Assembly: GCF_009914755.1 (NCBI RefSeq)
Contig: NC_060930.1
Reading direction: 5' to 3' (one strand)
Length of the DNA: 64,000 nt
Source: the human T2T-CHM13v2.0 reference genome, Homo sapiens
Shown here one piece after another: positions 35,786 through 49,586 of the stretch. The notes under the pieces were generated by a model. The model worked only from the letters and a program-made list of their open reading frames with translations. It was not told the DNA's origin and made no database searches. Position 1 is the first letter of the stretch; the number at the start of each line of letters is the position of its first letter. The translations under genes were made by a program, and so were the position numbers.

Positions 35786-36187
35786 CTGAAAAACACAGTT
35801 AAGAAAACTTTACAATATTTTGTAAGATAAAATATTAAAATTCTGTAAATAAAATAAAATGAATATATTAAATAAAAAGCAGACATTCTTATTCTGAATT
35901 TATGAAACTTAGTTTTTAAATATTCTTAGACATGTCTGAAAATACATTCTAATGTCTTTATTCAGTTTAAGATTCAATGAATGAGACTAAATATAATGAT
36001 TACAACTCAATTTAACAAAATTCATATTTAAAATACAGAATAAAATACTGTAAGAATATATCATAACAAATCACTAATATAGCTTAAAGTACTACTTTAC
36101 TATAAATGTGTCAAGGTATATCATCAAAGAATCATGAAAAATATGTGAAAAAAATTAAGCTATTGTGAATATACTCAAAAAGGATAT
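35786..36187 (-). other. U12-type (minor spliceosome) intron with AT-AG termini, 402 nt
   Basis: 5' splice site ATATCCTTT (36187-36179). U12 branch motif TTTTCTTAAC (35807-35798), with the branch A 13-14 nt from a terminal AG (35787-35786). The splice keeps the frame (C+TC = Leu). Confidence 0.9.
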
Positions 36188-36303
36188 GAAGAGAAGATTT
36201 TATGGAAGTTTGCTGCTGTTTCAGGAATCTCTCACAATGCTTTAAAACCCAGGTAAGATCATTTTCTGCACCATCTTTTAAGAGACTGAGGAATTTGCCA
36301 TAC
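36188..36303 (-). CDS. TBC1D32: TBC1D32 coding exon (5th from last), 116 nt, phase 2-1, ending at a U12-type AT donor
   Basis: taatatAG|GTATGG...TCTCTTC|ATATCCTTTT. Translates (R)[38 protein letters not shown](L). Confidence 0.9.
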
Positions 36304-36647
36304 CTATATTAAAAGCCCACAAAACATAAAACATATCAGGTCTTGCATTGAATGTTTTAAAATTACTTCTTTTAGCATAACTATGTTATACAGAGCACTT
36401 ATGAAAGATTAGCTCTCAATACATGTTTCTGATGATTATGATATATTTGGATTAACAGTATTCATCTGGCAAATACTGATAACTTTAAAGGAAGATGAAA
36501 CAGTAATGAGAGAACAACATGATGATATCCTGTAGATGAAACGTATAATATAAGCATTTTTTCCTGAACTTAATCTAAAACATGGAATGTTGACAGGTTA
36601 GTTTTACAAAATGTTGAGTCTAGAAGTACCTTTAGAGTTCAAACAGT

Positions 36648-37590
<943 letters not shown>

Positions 37591-38297
37591 ACAACATCAC
37601 AAAACATAATTAAGAGAATCATATGCCCTATGTGATACAGGCATGTAAGTTCAAATTATTAAAAAAATCACTTTCATCATGCTGTGAATTTATAAAAATA
37701 CCCAGCTTTTTAAACAAATCTTACACGTATCTTTTTAAAATTTGATTCTGAAGATGACCCTATAAGTAAAATGGGAATGTTAAAATCCCCATTTAATAAG
37801 CAAGAAAGGGAAGTTTCAAGGTTTCAGTCCTTAACTCTCTGTTCACTGTTTAGCTTACCTGTTTCTTTTCAAAATTACAACTTGAGTATTAAAAATTCAA
37901 ACTGCAATAAGTTTTTTAATTTTAACTTCTGCATCTGTCCTTCAGGTACTTTTGTACTCATCACCATGGAATTAATCATATTCTAGAAAATAGTATGACT
38001 GTGTTACCAACGTGCTGACTTTTACAATGTTATTTTTGTAAAAAACCTGGTAGTCATGAGGGCTTAAACACACTGTAATTGGCCTCTGGAATAACAATGA
38101 ACTGTAACTGATTTACCTAGAGAGGTAATTTAATCATGTGCCAATATCCTCAAAAACAAAGTCATTTTCCGAATGATAAACTCTGCATTTAAAGTATACA
38201 AAATAGTTGGTTGTTAAATTAAATACTACTGAGCACATATGAGGCAGATAAAACAAATTCTAGAAATGCACAAGGGAGCTATTTCCCTATAATATAC

Positions 38298-38367
38298 CTG
38301 ACAGTCATTTTAATGCCAAGCTGCTGCACAGATGAAAGACTTTCATTCTTCACATTTGCATCAGTAG
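38298..38367 (-). CDS. TBC1D32: TBC1D32 coding exon (6th from last), 70 nt, phase 1-2
   Basis: tgtctttAG|CTACTG...ACTGTCAG|GTatat. Translates (A)[22 protein letters not shown](R); phases match both neighbours. Confidence 0.9.
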
Positions 38368-40064
38368 CTAAAGACAACAGAAAACTGAGTTATAAAGTGC
38401 ATAAAAGTTTGCATAATAATCACATTTTAATTGAAAATTGATGAAAGCAATATTTTTACATATTTTAATGTGAATTTTGAAAACACTGATGAATTTATTC
38501 TTTTAGGAACTGTCAGTTACATTTTCAAAGGAATTAACAGAAAACTTTTTACAAATAACTTTTTCCCATAAAAAGCATTGGAAAACATATTAAATACATA
38601 ACAATAGTAGTTTTAAAACAATCTATTTTACTTGGCTCTCAGAATAAAAAGAGCCATTGACCCAAAAAGTGGTCTAGAAATACTACTTTCATCATGCAAT
38701 GCATACATAAAACTCTGAATTACAAATATATACAAGAATGGTTATTTCGTTCCTGATACTAATCTTTAAGTAATCAGTGTTCCACTTTTAATGTATGGTA
38801 ACGTATGAGGGTAGAATGAATGAATTTCTTCCTGCAGGCCAAGTTTTCTTTGCGAAGTAGTTGTTGTAATCATCTAACCAAAAGTGAAGAAAGGGTTAGT
38901 TATATTTTATACTGTAATATATCCAAACATTTCATAATGAATCACTTTTCATTTATTTCTTACAAATAAGATAGTGATTAGCTTGCTTATATTATCTACA
39001 AAGTCCATTTCAGAATAGAAATAGCATAGTACAGAGGACTGCAGGTGAGGCTGAAAGTCTGGATTAGTTCTTGAGAACAGTAGAGGACCAAACTAACAGT
39101 GAACCCTCAAAGGCACAACTAAATAGCATTCAGGGTCTAGCTGAAACTTTCAATTTCTGGCTGAGAAAACTGTAGCATGCATACATACACACAAACACAT
39201 GAACACACAGTGCATGCACACACAATTAAGAGACTCATCACATAGTTATCTAGTGGTAGAGAAGACCAAAACCTAGGTTTTCAGAATATCATGAAGTTTT
39301 TTTTTTTTTTCCTTCATTACACATTGGTGTTTCTCATACTATCAGTATAATCTATTTCACTTCCAGGCTCATTCATCCCCTTAGTAAATCATCTCTGATA
39401 TAGTAAGTATGGAACACCATGCAAGAAGCTATGAGGGATAAAAGATAAATCATACCCTAAAAACCTGTCCAAGTAGTGTCAGAGATCAAATGTATATAGA
39501 TAACTCTGATAAAGGTATTTTAAAGCCCTATATGAAATAGGAATGATACAGATAAAGTGTTACATGAATTCAGAAGATGAAAAGATTATGTCTAGCTAGG
39601 AAGAAGTGGTATTTAAGTTGAACCTTAACATATAGATCTGTGTGCCTATAGTAATACTAATGTTTTTTCTCTTCTGGAAAGTATGATATAGATAGATATC
39701 TTACTGGTAAAGGATGAGTGTGCAGTGGGTGGAGAAAGGTGTTAAGAATGGGCATTCCCATCATGATGTGTTCCACAGACCACAGTGGATTCTATCAGGA
39801 AACACTGACCTAGCACATCAGTGAAGAATGTAATAAAGTTATGCAGCAAGGTGAGAGGAGTTGTCCAAAGGAATTGGATGTGTTAAATAGTTCTTCCCTG
39901 TGAAAGAAAAGAGTTCTTACATAGTGGTCTAGTTGTGAGGCCTGAGATGAGTCCTTTCACTTTCCTAGAGTTGTACAAATAATTTCCAAAGTCTAGACCC
40001 TCTCTAAAACTTTATGACAGTGTATCTTCAGAGTAAAAAATTAACTCTGAACATTTCAACAGAT

Positions 40065-40230
40065 AATGGTTCTAAACTATGGTGGTTCATCTTCTGAGGG
40101 ACTTTTTAAAACTAAAGATAAATAGACTCGACTCCAGACTACTAAATAAGATTGCCAAGAGGGAATGTCCAGTCATTTGTATTTTTAAAGGCCTCTACAG
40201 CTTATTTGTTATACAATAAAGTTGAGATTT
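40065..40230. mobile_element. MER5-type hAT MITE
   Basis: atggttctaaact...ccagactactaaat...ttgtatttttaaag...aaagttgaga. Confidence 0.55.
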
Positions 40231-40547
40231 ACATTTGAAGGAATAAAAGTTAAATTTAGATAGAGTTACAATTGGACAGTTATACAACACTATCCAAATT
40301 TCACTTTAATGTAGTGTAGCAAATTCTCAAAAAAGCTTTTAAATGAGAATATATGGAGGTGTTGGCATACCAAAACAAACATCGAACATCCATTTTAAAA
40401 AATCACTGATGTGAAAGAGATGTATATAACTTTGGTATGAACAAAACTATGCAGATAAAAATATGCAAGGAATAAAAACTTCCCCAAAGCAGCAATGAAG
40501 ACATCAGAAAATGGGTTAGGGGCATATATTTAAAAAGGGGCTTCAAG

Positions 40548-40872
<325 letters not shown>

Positions 40873-43800
40873 TTATATTTGATATACAGTATCAATATAC
40901 AATAAATCACTGTATATCATTGATACACAATGATAACTTAGCAAGCAAATTTTATATTCCAAATACATCTCAGACAACAAAAGTTAGGTGGAAGAAACTT
41001 TTATTATACAAAACTCTGGACTACATTAACTTATAAAGCAGGAACTGAAATCTCAAAAATAAAATCGATGGGGAAAAATGAATAAGTAAAATTAAATAAT
41101 TTTAAAAATGGACGTCTTCAGAGGATTTTGATCCATATGCATGGCTGGTAACGAGTAATTAATTGATCTAGGAAAAACAGTGTGTAGGATACATAACACA
41201 TACTTAATAAACAATGAATGAATGAATGAGTAAATGAATGAACCAACATCCAATGAATAGCAACAAAAGAAATTATACTTTAAATATCAAACTAGAAGCA
41301 AGATGGAGAAGAAAACAGACATAGACTTAAAAATATTTTCTGTATATTAAAATCAAGTAACACATAGAAGAGATAGCTCCCACTCCCTGAAGTCACTGTG
41401 AAAAGAATAATGAAAAGAATAATGTATGATGCTGTACATGCTAATGACATGTATAGCATCATACTTACCCACTTACTAACAATGCTTAATTCAATCTAAG
41501 CTAGAGTTAATCATTAAATTATTCAAAATAACCAATACTGTTAACTATAAATGCAATAGTTTCAAAATAAAATGAGTTGACAAAATTTATGTCACATGAA
41601 CTGATATCACTCAGTGTGGGTCATGCATTCTGTTCTGTTTTTGGTTTGCAAAGCTAGCACATACAACAGCAGTAGAAGAAATTAAATCTATTCTGCCTGG
41701 CACCTAATAGTATGGAAAAAAATAAATTTTCAGAAGAGTAAAGAATTTCTCCACTGGAGGACAAATCCATGGTTGGAGAGGCAGTTACTGGTTGGCTGCT
41801 TACTGACTCTCCTAATGCCCTCCCTTACCTGTCCTAACTTAAGAAAACTCTTACTACCCAAAGGAATCAACGGACTACATTTCTTCCTCCCTGCTTCCTT
41901 TCCCAAAGTCAGTCTGTAAGTTCTGTTGCTTCTTTTCTAATATGTAATTGTATCCATGCATTTTATTCAGTTCTTACTACCACAGAATTCAGTACCTTGT
42001 GACCAGTCTACTGTACATGTCTCAGCCTCCTAATTGATGTAGTCAGTGTAATTTGGGAAAAATAGCATTTCCATGTCTTGATTATGCAATTACCCCTGCC
42101 TGGAAGACTTTTCCCCTCTTCTCTTGCTTATTTCCATTCTAATATCCCAGGAGGCAGCACAAGTACTACGCCTGCTCTCTATTAACGCTTCCTCCTCTTA
42201 TTTTCCATGATGGCACCAATTTGACACTGATGTCATTTTCTACTGGACACCTGTGGCCCTTAAAATAAAACCCTTCATTGACAATTACCAAATTCAAATA
42301 GCATATTAAAAAGCACATTGTCTGAAACCAAGTAGCCAGCTGAAAAACTGTTTCTTTTATTTTCTACCTTACTATATGCTGCAATTTGTTTAATTCCTAA
42401 TTTTAGGTATATGTCCTATTTTTCCTTCCTGAGGAAAGGTTCATATTAAATATCTCTTTGCAATTATCACACACTGTGCTTTACTCACAAACGTTTCATA
42501 AATGTAAGATAGAAGAGAGCATTTTTGCTTTTCAAAGAAAATATAAAAGGTGTTTAAGAATATTTAATTAAATTTAAAACTATATTTTAATAATCAAAAG
42601 GTGAAACAAGCAAAATGTTGATTTTTTTTCTAACATTTTGATTAACTAGCATTACGAAGAGAAAAGAAATAAAAATACACATCACCCTGAAAGGGCCATT
42701 TAATTTATCATTTCAAAGAAGCAATTACACTAGAAAAAAATTCCCAACTTGTTCCAGGGAATTGAACCAACAAAAAGGAAATGTCTGTTAAGATATGGAA
42801 AGATACCTATATGAATTTACAAACTGCAAATGTGCAGAAGTTTATCTGTTTGTTCTTTCCTCTTTCTTTAAAGGGATAAACAGCCAAACTAATTTGATTT
42901 TTCCAGATTTGCAAATTTTATAATGGATTGAAATCCTGAGGGAGCTAACAACAGATGGATGATTGTGTAATTCTAATTTCAACTACCTTAGGGTTTAGAA
43001 GGCTGTCTGTCATTTCTTAAAAGATAATCAATTTCTCATTTCCAGAAACCTAAAAAAACATTGAATACATCTATCCAGTATTTGTTTTAAAACATTTTAT
43101 ATCAAAACAATTTTTAATTTAAAGCAAATACAGTGAAATTCTATAATAAAAAAATCATTGTTCCACCAGCCAAAAAAATACTTGATAAAGGATGAGAATA
43201 CCTAAAGCCTTGGGAAGAAAACAATGTACTAGCAACAAGCTCAGTATATCAAAATAATAAATATTAAACAATCAATCAACAGAAAGTCACTTCATTTTTT
43301 GGCTTTACTATAAGACTGGTGAATAGCTTCAGCTGGAACCTTTAAGGAATTTAAATCCGCATTCAGGGTTTATCTGCCTAGCTAATACATTCAACAAAGC
43401 CGACATCTGAGATCTCACTCGGCATAATTTAGAAACATAACAGAGGGCAGTAACGCATGCACACTGAGCAATCAGTTTTGCTGAATATTTAGGTAATATA
43501 TACAATATAATTTTAATTTTAGATTTTCTACAGAAAATATGGTCCAATAAAGCAATGTGAAAAAGAGAGCTATACGAATTGGAGATTATTATGCTTAAGT
43601 CTAAAGAAATGCCCACTTTGGTCATGCAAATTTCCATGACTATCACACTTCTTACTCATTTCCTATTACTTCCCAACTTAACCATTAATAGCTGTATGTT
43701 TTTCACATAAATTTTTATGTTCATTCATAAGTTCATAATTTTCTTCACAAATGCTTTCCTTTAAAATCTCTTCCCAATTTATGTTTTCTTTCCTCTATGC

Positions 43801-45039
43801 CTCAATTTCCTCATTTTAAATATGATGATTATGTCTAGTTCAGAGAACAGTTATAGGGTTGAATGACACAAGGTATATCAAGTGCCTCAACATAATACCT
43901 AATTTAAAAGAGGTGATCAATAGATATCAATTCCTTTCACCTACCTTAACTTTCGTTTAATAGTATCTTGTATTTTCTTCTCATTTCTTTGTTTTAATTC
44001 TCTTAAGTCTCTTTTACCCCTTTCCCAGGTTTGCATTAGATATCATTATGTGTAAATAAATATAGGGTCATCTGTATATTCACATGTATCTAATTATGTG
44101 AATTGTTAGATATTTAGAATTGTTACAGAACTATAATACGTTTCTTTGAATATAGATGTGAATATAGTATGTGTATATATATATAATTAAATCTCATATT
44201 GAAGATACAAAGGAGTTTGACACCTAATGTAACAATTTAGCCATATACAATATAATAAAACTATCAAAATGGTAGTTTAAAGTGAATGCAGTAGGAGCAG
44301 AGAAGAGAGAATCCTGCTTAGGAATAAGAGAGGTTACATTCTAGCTGAAACTTTACAGGTGAGTCGGGCATTATCATGTGGATGTCATGGAGAGGGAAGC
44401 ATCCATCTAGAAGGAACAACAGGAGCAAAAATTTAGTGAGGCAAATGCGCAGAATGTGTTTGGGCAGTTAATGGTAATAAGGCTAGAAAGATATGTCTAA
44501 CTTGAATAAATAACACATATTTGAATGATGGTTTCTTCAGCAAAAGAAGAAATCATATCACCCTTACAGGAAAGATGATCTGTTATCAGTAGTATATGCT
44601 AACTCTACTTTCTTCACTGTCTCTTTATTCACTGCCCCTTAAGTATTGGATATTCATCCGTGGAAAACTTCATTTCTGTACTCCATTTTTTTCCTTTACA
44701 CAGTTACTATTATCGAATAATCTTTGTAAGGTACAGGTGAATCAAGTAAAGTTTCTGCTCAGAAATCTTAAATGGTTTACTCTATTGCCTATTAAATTAA
44801 GACACTAATTGACACATTTTATAAAGCCTTCCTCCATCATTCTTTTATCCATTCTTTCCTTTATTTGACAAACATTTATTGACGTTATTGTTCTAGGTGC
44901 AGAGAATGAAATGATAGGTAAAACACAAAAACAACCCTAAAGAAATTTACAGGAATGAGAAGAATTAGACACTAAGTCAGAATTTGAGAAAGAAATTACA
45001 ATGAGATGTATTGGCTTTATATACCAAGCTGATGGCTTA

Positions 45040-45930
45040 GTAATTTGTATTTGTAGCCCACACTTTTCCTCTAAACTCGATTCACATGTCCAGAATGTAT
45101 AAAGCATATTTACTTGAATGTCCAACAAGTATCTCAAACAACAAAAAAGCCAGCACCTAATCTCCCCTTCCTTTCCTATTCTTCCTCTCAATGTACAATC
45201 ATTCCATCCTCCTAGTAACTCAGAAAAATAGCCTGTTGTCCTCCTTGACTTCTTTCTTTCTCTCATACCCCACATTCAATCTGTTAACCAATTCTGTTGG
45301 CCCTATCTTTAAAATATATCCAGAATCCAAAAACTTCTCACCGTCTCCATTACTTACATCCTCATCTCAGCCATTCCTGTTTTTCAATAGCCTCTTAACT
45401 CATTTCCCTGCTTCAGTCGTTTCTCTTCCTTCAGTCATTTCTCAACACCACAGCCACAATGCTCTTATAAAATGCAAATTAGGATGTCATGCCTATGTTC
45501 AAAACCCTGCAATGACTTTCAAGATCCTGTATCATGCTCTCCTATCTGACTTTTAACACCACCAATTCCTCTCCTTTACTCCTTTCTAGCCATATTAGTC
45601 TCCTTTGTGGCCATTTGTTAGCACTCTCTTGCCCTGAAAATACCCATATATCTTGCCTGCACATCCCCTGCTGAACTGTGGTAAAAAAAAAAGAAAAATG
45701 CATCATCAATAAAACTTTATATGAAAACTATTTAATACTTTAATCTTCACTCCTAACTAAAACTTCCCAGATCCTTTTTCTGTTGTGTATTTCCTCATTT
45801 ATCATTACACCTTTTAACTTACTGAATATTCTACTTATTTTCTGTCTTCCCACTAGAAAGTAAACTCCATGAGCAGAAGACTTTTTCTGTCACAGTGTCA
45901 GTACCTAATACAGGATAATTTGTTGCATAA
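45040..45930 (+). mobile_element. L2 3' fragment
   Basis: ttacttgaatgtccaacaagtatctcaaac...aaaatatatccagaatc...ctagaaagtaaactccatgag. Confidence 0.75.
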
Positions 45931-46224
45931 TGAACACATGTGTGTCTGGGACAGGGGGTAGTTGGGAGTGATGTGAAGAGTTTAGTGTTCTGCATGGAAA
46001 GAAAGTATGATGCTTGAGAAAAGGAAGGGGCAGGATAATGTAAGATCATGGGTACCATGATAATAAGCTGAGACTTTATGCTATGGTCAATGGTGAGAAA
46101 TGGCAGAGGAATGAGTGGGTTAGATTTACATGTCAAAGATCACTCTGAGAGCAGTGTAAAGAGCACCTTTGAAAAAGAACCAGACTCCAAGTAGAGATAT
46201 CAACTAAAAAGGTTATTATGACAA

Positions 46225-49045
46225 CTTCTCTTGTTACAGATCTTAATGGAAGAGCTTTCTATTTTTCCTCACTCAGTATGATGTTAGCTGTGAGTTTATC
46301 ACATATGGGCTTTACTGTGTTGAGGTATGTTCCTTCTATACCCAATTTGTTAACAGTTTTTTATTATAAATGATGTTGAATTGTATCAAATGCATTTTCA
46401 GCATCTATTGAAATGATTCTACAGTTTTTCCCTGGATGATCTATCCTTGGCCAAAAGTAGAGTGAAGTCCTCTACAGCTGTATTGCAGTTAATCTCTCAC
46501 ATAAAGTCTAGCAATATTTGTTTTATGAATCTGGGTGCTCCAGTGTTAGGTGCATGTATATTTATTACTGTTATATCCTCTCACTGAAGTGATCCCTTTA
46601 CCATTATATAATGACCTTTTTGGTCTCTTTTTATAGTCTTTGCCTTAAAGTCTATTTCATCTGATATAAGTATAGTTACTCCTATCCTTTTATGGCTGCC
46701 ATTGGCATAAAATATCTTTTTCCATTACTTCATTTTCAGTCTATGTGAGTCTTGATAAGTGGAGTGAGTTTCTTGTAGAAAGTATATAGTTAGGTCCTGT
46801 TTTGATATTCAGCCATTTTGTATCTTTCAATAGAAAAATTCAGTCTGTTTACATTCAATGTTACTATTAATAATAACCATTTTAATACTTGTTTACTAGT
46901 TATTGTGTGACTCCTCTCTTCCTCTATCCTTTCTTACTACCTTCTTTTGCATTTATTTTTTTCTGCTAGTATTTTTTTTGGGTATCTATTATAGGTTTTT
47001 TTTTGTTTGTGTTTACCATGAGGCTTACAAAGCCTTCCTATAGTTATTATGATGTTATTTTAAAAAGATAACTTGATTGCAAAAACAAACAAAAAAAACT
47101 ATACACATTAATTCCTTTCTACCACCATTTTGAATTTTTGACTTCACAATTTATATTATTTATATTGCCTATCCCTTAAAAAATTGTTGTAGTTATCAGT
47201 TTTTAATAGTTTGTCTTTTAGTCTTCTTAGTAAAGATTAAGTGGTTAACATACCATGACTAAATATTAGTGCAATAATCATGTTAGCATCCTTTTCCTTC
47301 CATTTTAAAACTCCCTTTAGCACTTCTTGTATGTAGGTCTGAAAGTGATAAGTTCCCTCAACATTTGTTTGTCTGGGAAAGTCTTATTCTCCTTCATTTC
47401 TTAAGGATAGCTTTCCTGGATATGGTATTCTTGGTTTACATGTTTTTATTTTTTACTTTTTTTTCCCAACATTTTGAGTATATTGTCCTACTCATTCTTG
47501 TCCTGTAAAGTATCTGTTGTCAGGCATATTGGAGCTCCCTAATATATTATTTGCTTATTTTCTCTCACTGTTTTCAGGATCTTCTCTTTGTCTTTGACTT
47601 TTGAGAGTTTGATTATAATATGTATTGGGGTATTCTTATTTGAGTGGAATCTAATTGTTGACCTTTGACCTTCTTGTATCTAGTCATCTGTACATTTTTC
47701 CAGGTTTGGAAATATTTCTGTTATTTTTCCTGGAATAAACTTTCTAGCCCTTGTCTTTCTCAGTTCTCTCTTTAATTACAATAACTCAAATCTTTGTTTT
47801 TTTGATGTTGTTATATATCCTATAAGCTTTCTTTATTCCTTTTCATCATTTTTTCTCCTCAGACTATGTATTTTCAAATTGTCTTCAAGCTCACTGATTT
47901 TTTTTCTTCTGTGTGATCAATTCTGCTGTTGATGCTCTTTATTACATTTTTTCATTTTCCTTTCAATCATTGTATTTTTCAGTTCCAGGATTTCTGGTTA
48001 ATTTTTAAGAATGATTTCAATCTCTCTATTAAATTTCTCTGATAAGTTTCTGAATTGATCTTAGTGTTTTCTTGAAGTATGTTGAACTTCCTTAAAACAA
48101 TTTAGAAATCTTTGTGAGATCACACATCTCTGTCATTTTATGATTGGTCTTCGGCATCTCATTTTGTCCATTTGGTGAGGTCGTATTTCCATGAATGTTC
48201 TTAATACTTGTGGACACCCGATGATATCTACATGCTGCAGAATTATGTATTTATTTTACTCTTTGCAGTCTAGCTTTATTTGTGCCTATCTTTCTAGAGG
48301 GCCTTCCAGGGATTCTAAGCAGACTAAGCAGACTGAGCCTGCGACTATTGTACCCATCTAGAGAACATTCTAAGCCCAGGCTTGCTGCATGTTTTGCAAG
48401 GCCTGAGATTGACATAGCTTTCCAGCCCAGAAAGACATGGGGAAGATCCAAAGAGAGCACTGGAGCTATGCAGGAACTCTGGCCAGGAATCAGAGTCCAG
48501 ATGACTGTAAGCCCCAGATAGGTGCGCTTCCCAGCAGGTCTCTGTATAAGGAAGACTGGAGTTGAGACTAGGCCCCTCGGTATCTCCTGTAGGAAGGAGG
48601 CTGATAGGCTATCTCGTTGGCTCAGACAGGGATGTGTAAGCCAGCAGGTCTCTGCACAAGTGGGGGTAGTTCCTCAGTTGCAACGGGGGGGTCAGAGCTG
48701 ATACTACGCTCCTCAAGATCTGCTGTGAGATGGAGCCTCATGTGCCTATCATGCTGGCTCAGACGTGCACACATCTCCTAGCAGGTCCCTGCACTGAAAA
48801 GACAGCTCCCCAACTGCTGTAGAAGAGACTAGAGCTGATACTAGTACCCTAGGGATCTGCTATGAGATAGAAGCTGGAGAGACATGTCTCAGCTCAGAGG
48901 TGTACATGTCACCCAGTAATTCCCTGCACAGTTAAGATTGCAGCAGAAGAAGCCAGGGCTGAGACTGGGCCCTCTGAGTATCTGCTGTGGGACACAGGCT
49001 AGCATGCCCATCACACCGACCCAGACAAATGCATGTATCTTTTGT
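46225..49045 (-). mobile_element. Old L1M/L1MA-type element (5' UTR, ORF1 and start of ORF2, internally deleted), sense to TBC1D32
   Basis: Reverse L1 motifs (ttcagcatctattgaaatgat; atgaatctgggtgctccagtgttaggtgcat; gatccctttaccattatataatgacc) and a GC-richer 5' region with monomer repeats. Confidence 0.8.
48520..49040 (-). repeat. About four diverged 110-137 bp tandem monomers in the L1M 5' UTR
   Basis: Recurrent ccagcaggtc(t/c)ctg at 48531, 48641, ~48778 and ~48913, with recurrent gctgaga/gatactag, atctgctgtg and ggctcaga blocks. Confidence 0.8.
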
Positions 49046-49502
49046 GAGACATAGTGAGTTTGAGGGATTCTGTGGCATATCCAGGTGATGTTTACTTACT
49101 AGGCCACTGGAAATACAAGAATAAAGCCTATAGTAGATCTTTGAGTGAACGATGTAAATTTTGAAATCATCAATATATGAGAGATAGGTAAAACAGTATA
49201 AGCAGAGGAGACCACTAGGGAATAAATGATAGAATCAGAAGAATAGAAGACATTGCTTAAGGCAAAACAACTTTTAGTGGATAGAGAGAGAAAAAGAAAG
49301 CTCAAGAAAGAATCACAGAGTTACAAGGAAACCTAGACATTTACAAAGAAAAGAGGCTTAATGATATCTGGAATGTATATGGCACCAAGTAAGAGATTGT
49401 TAGGATGAGAAAACTGCCTATCTGTAATATCATTACACATCTCCATTAATTATCTAGTTACATACTGAGTCTTTTTCAAACTTCACAATGTTTAAAATGT
49501 AC

Positions 49503-49586
49503 CTGTATACTCCACTGAAGGGAAGTAGCATTCAGATGGGCTTTCAGTGAGATGAAGCACAAATTTTTCAAGTAATTCTATTAAGG
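49503..49586 (-). CDS. TBC1D32: TBC1D32 coding exon (7th from last), 84 nt, phase 1-1
   Basis: tttattacAG|CCTTAA...TATACAG|GTacat. Translates (A)[27 protein letters not shown](A). Confidence 0.9.

Noticed and set aside
35786-35800. AT-AC reading of the U12 intron
   Set aside because: The only nearby AC is inside the branch motif itself. The AG at 35787-35786 has the right spacing from the branch point and keeps the frame.
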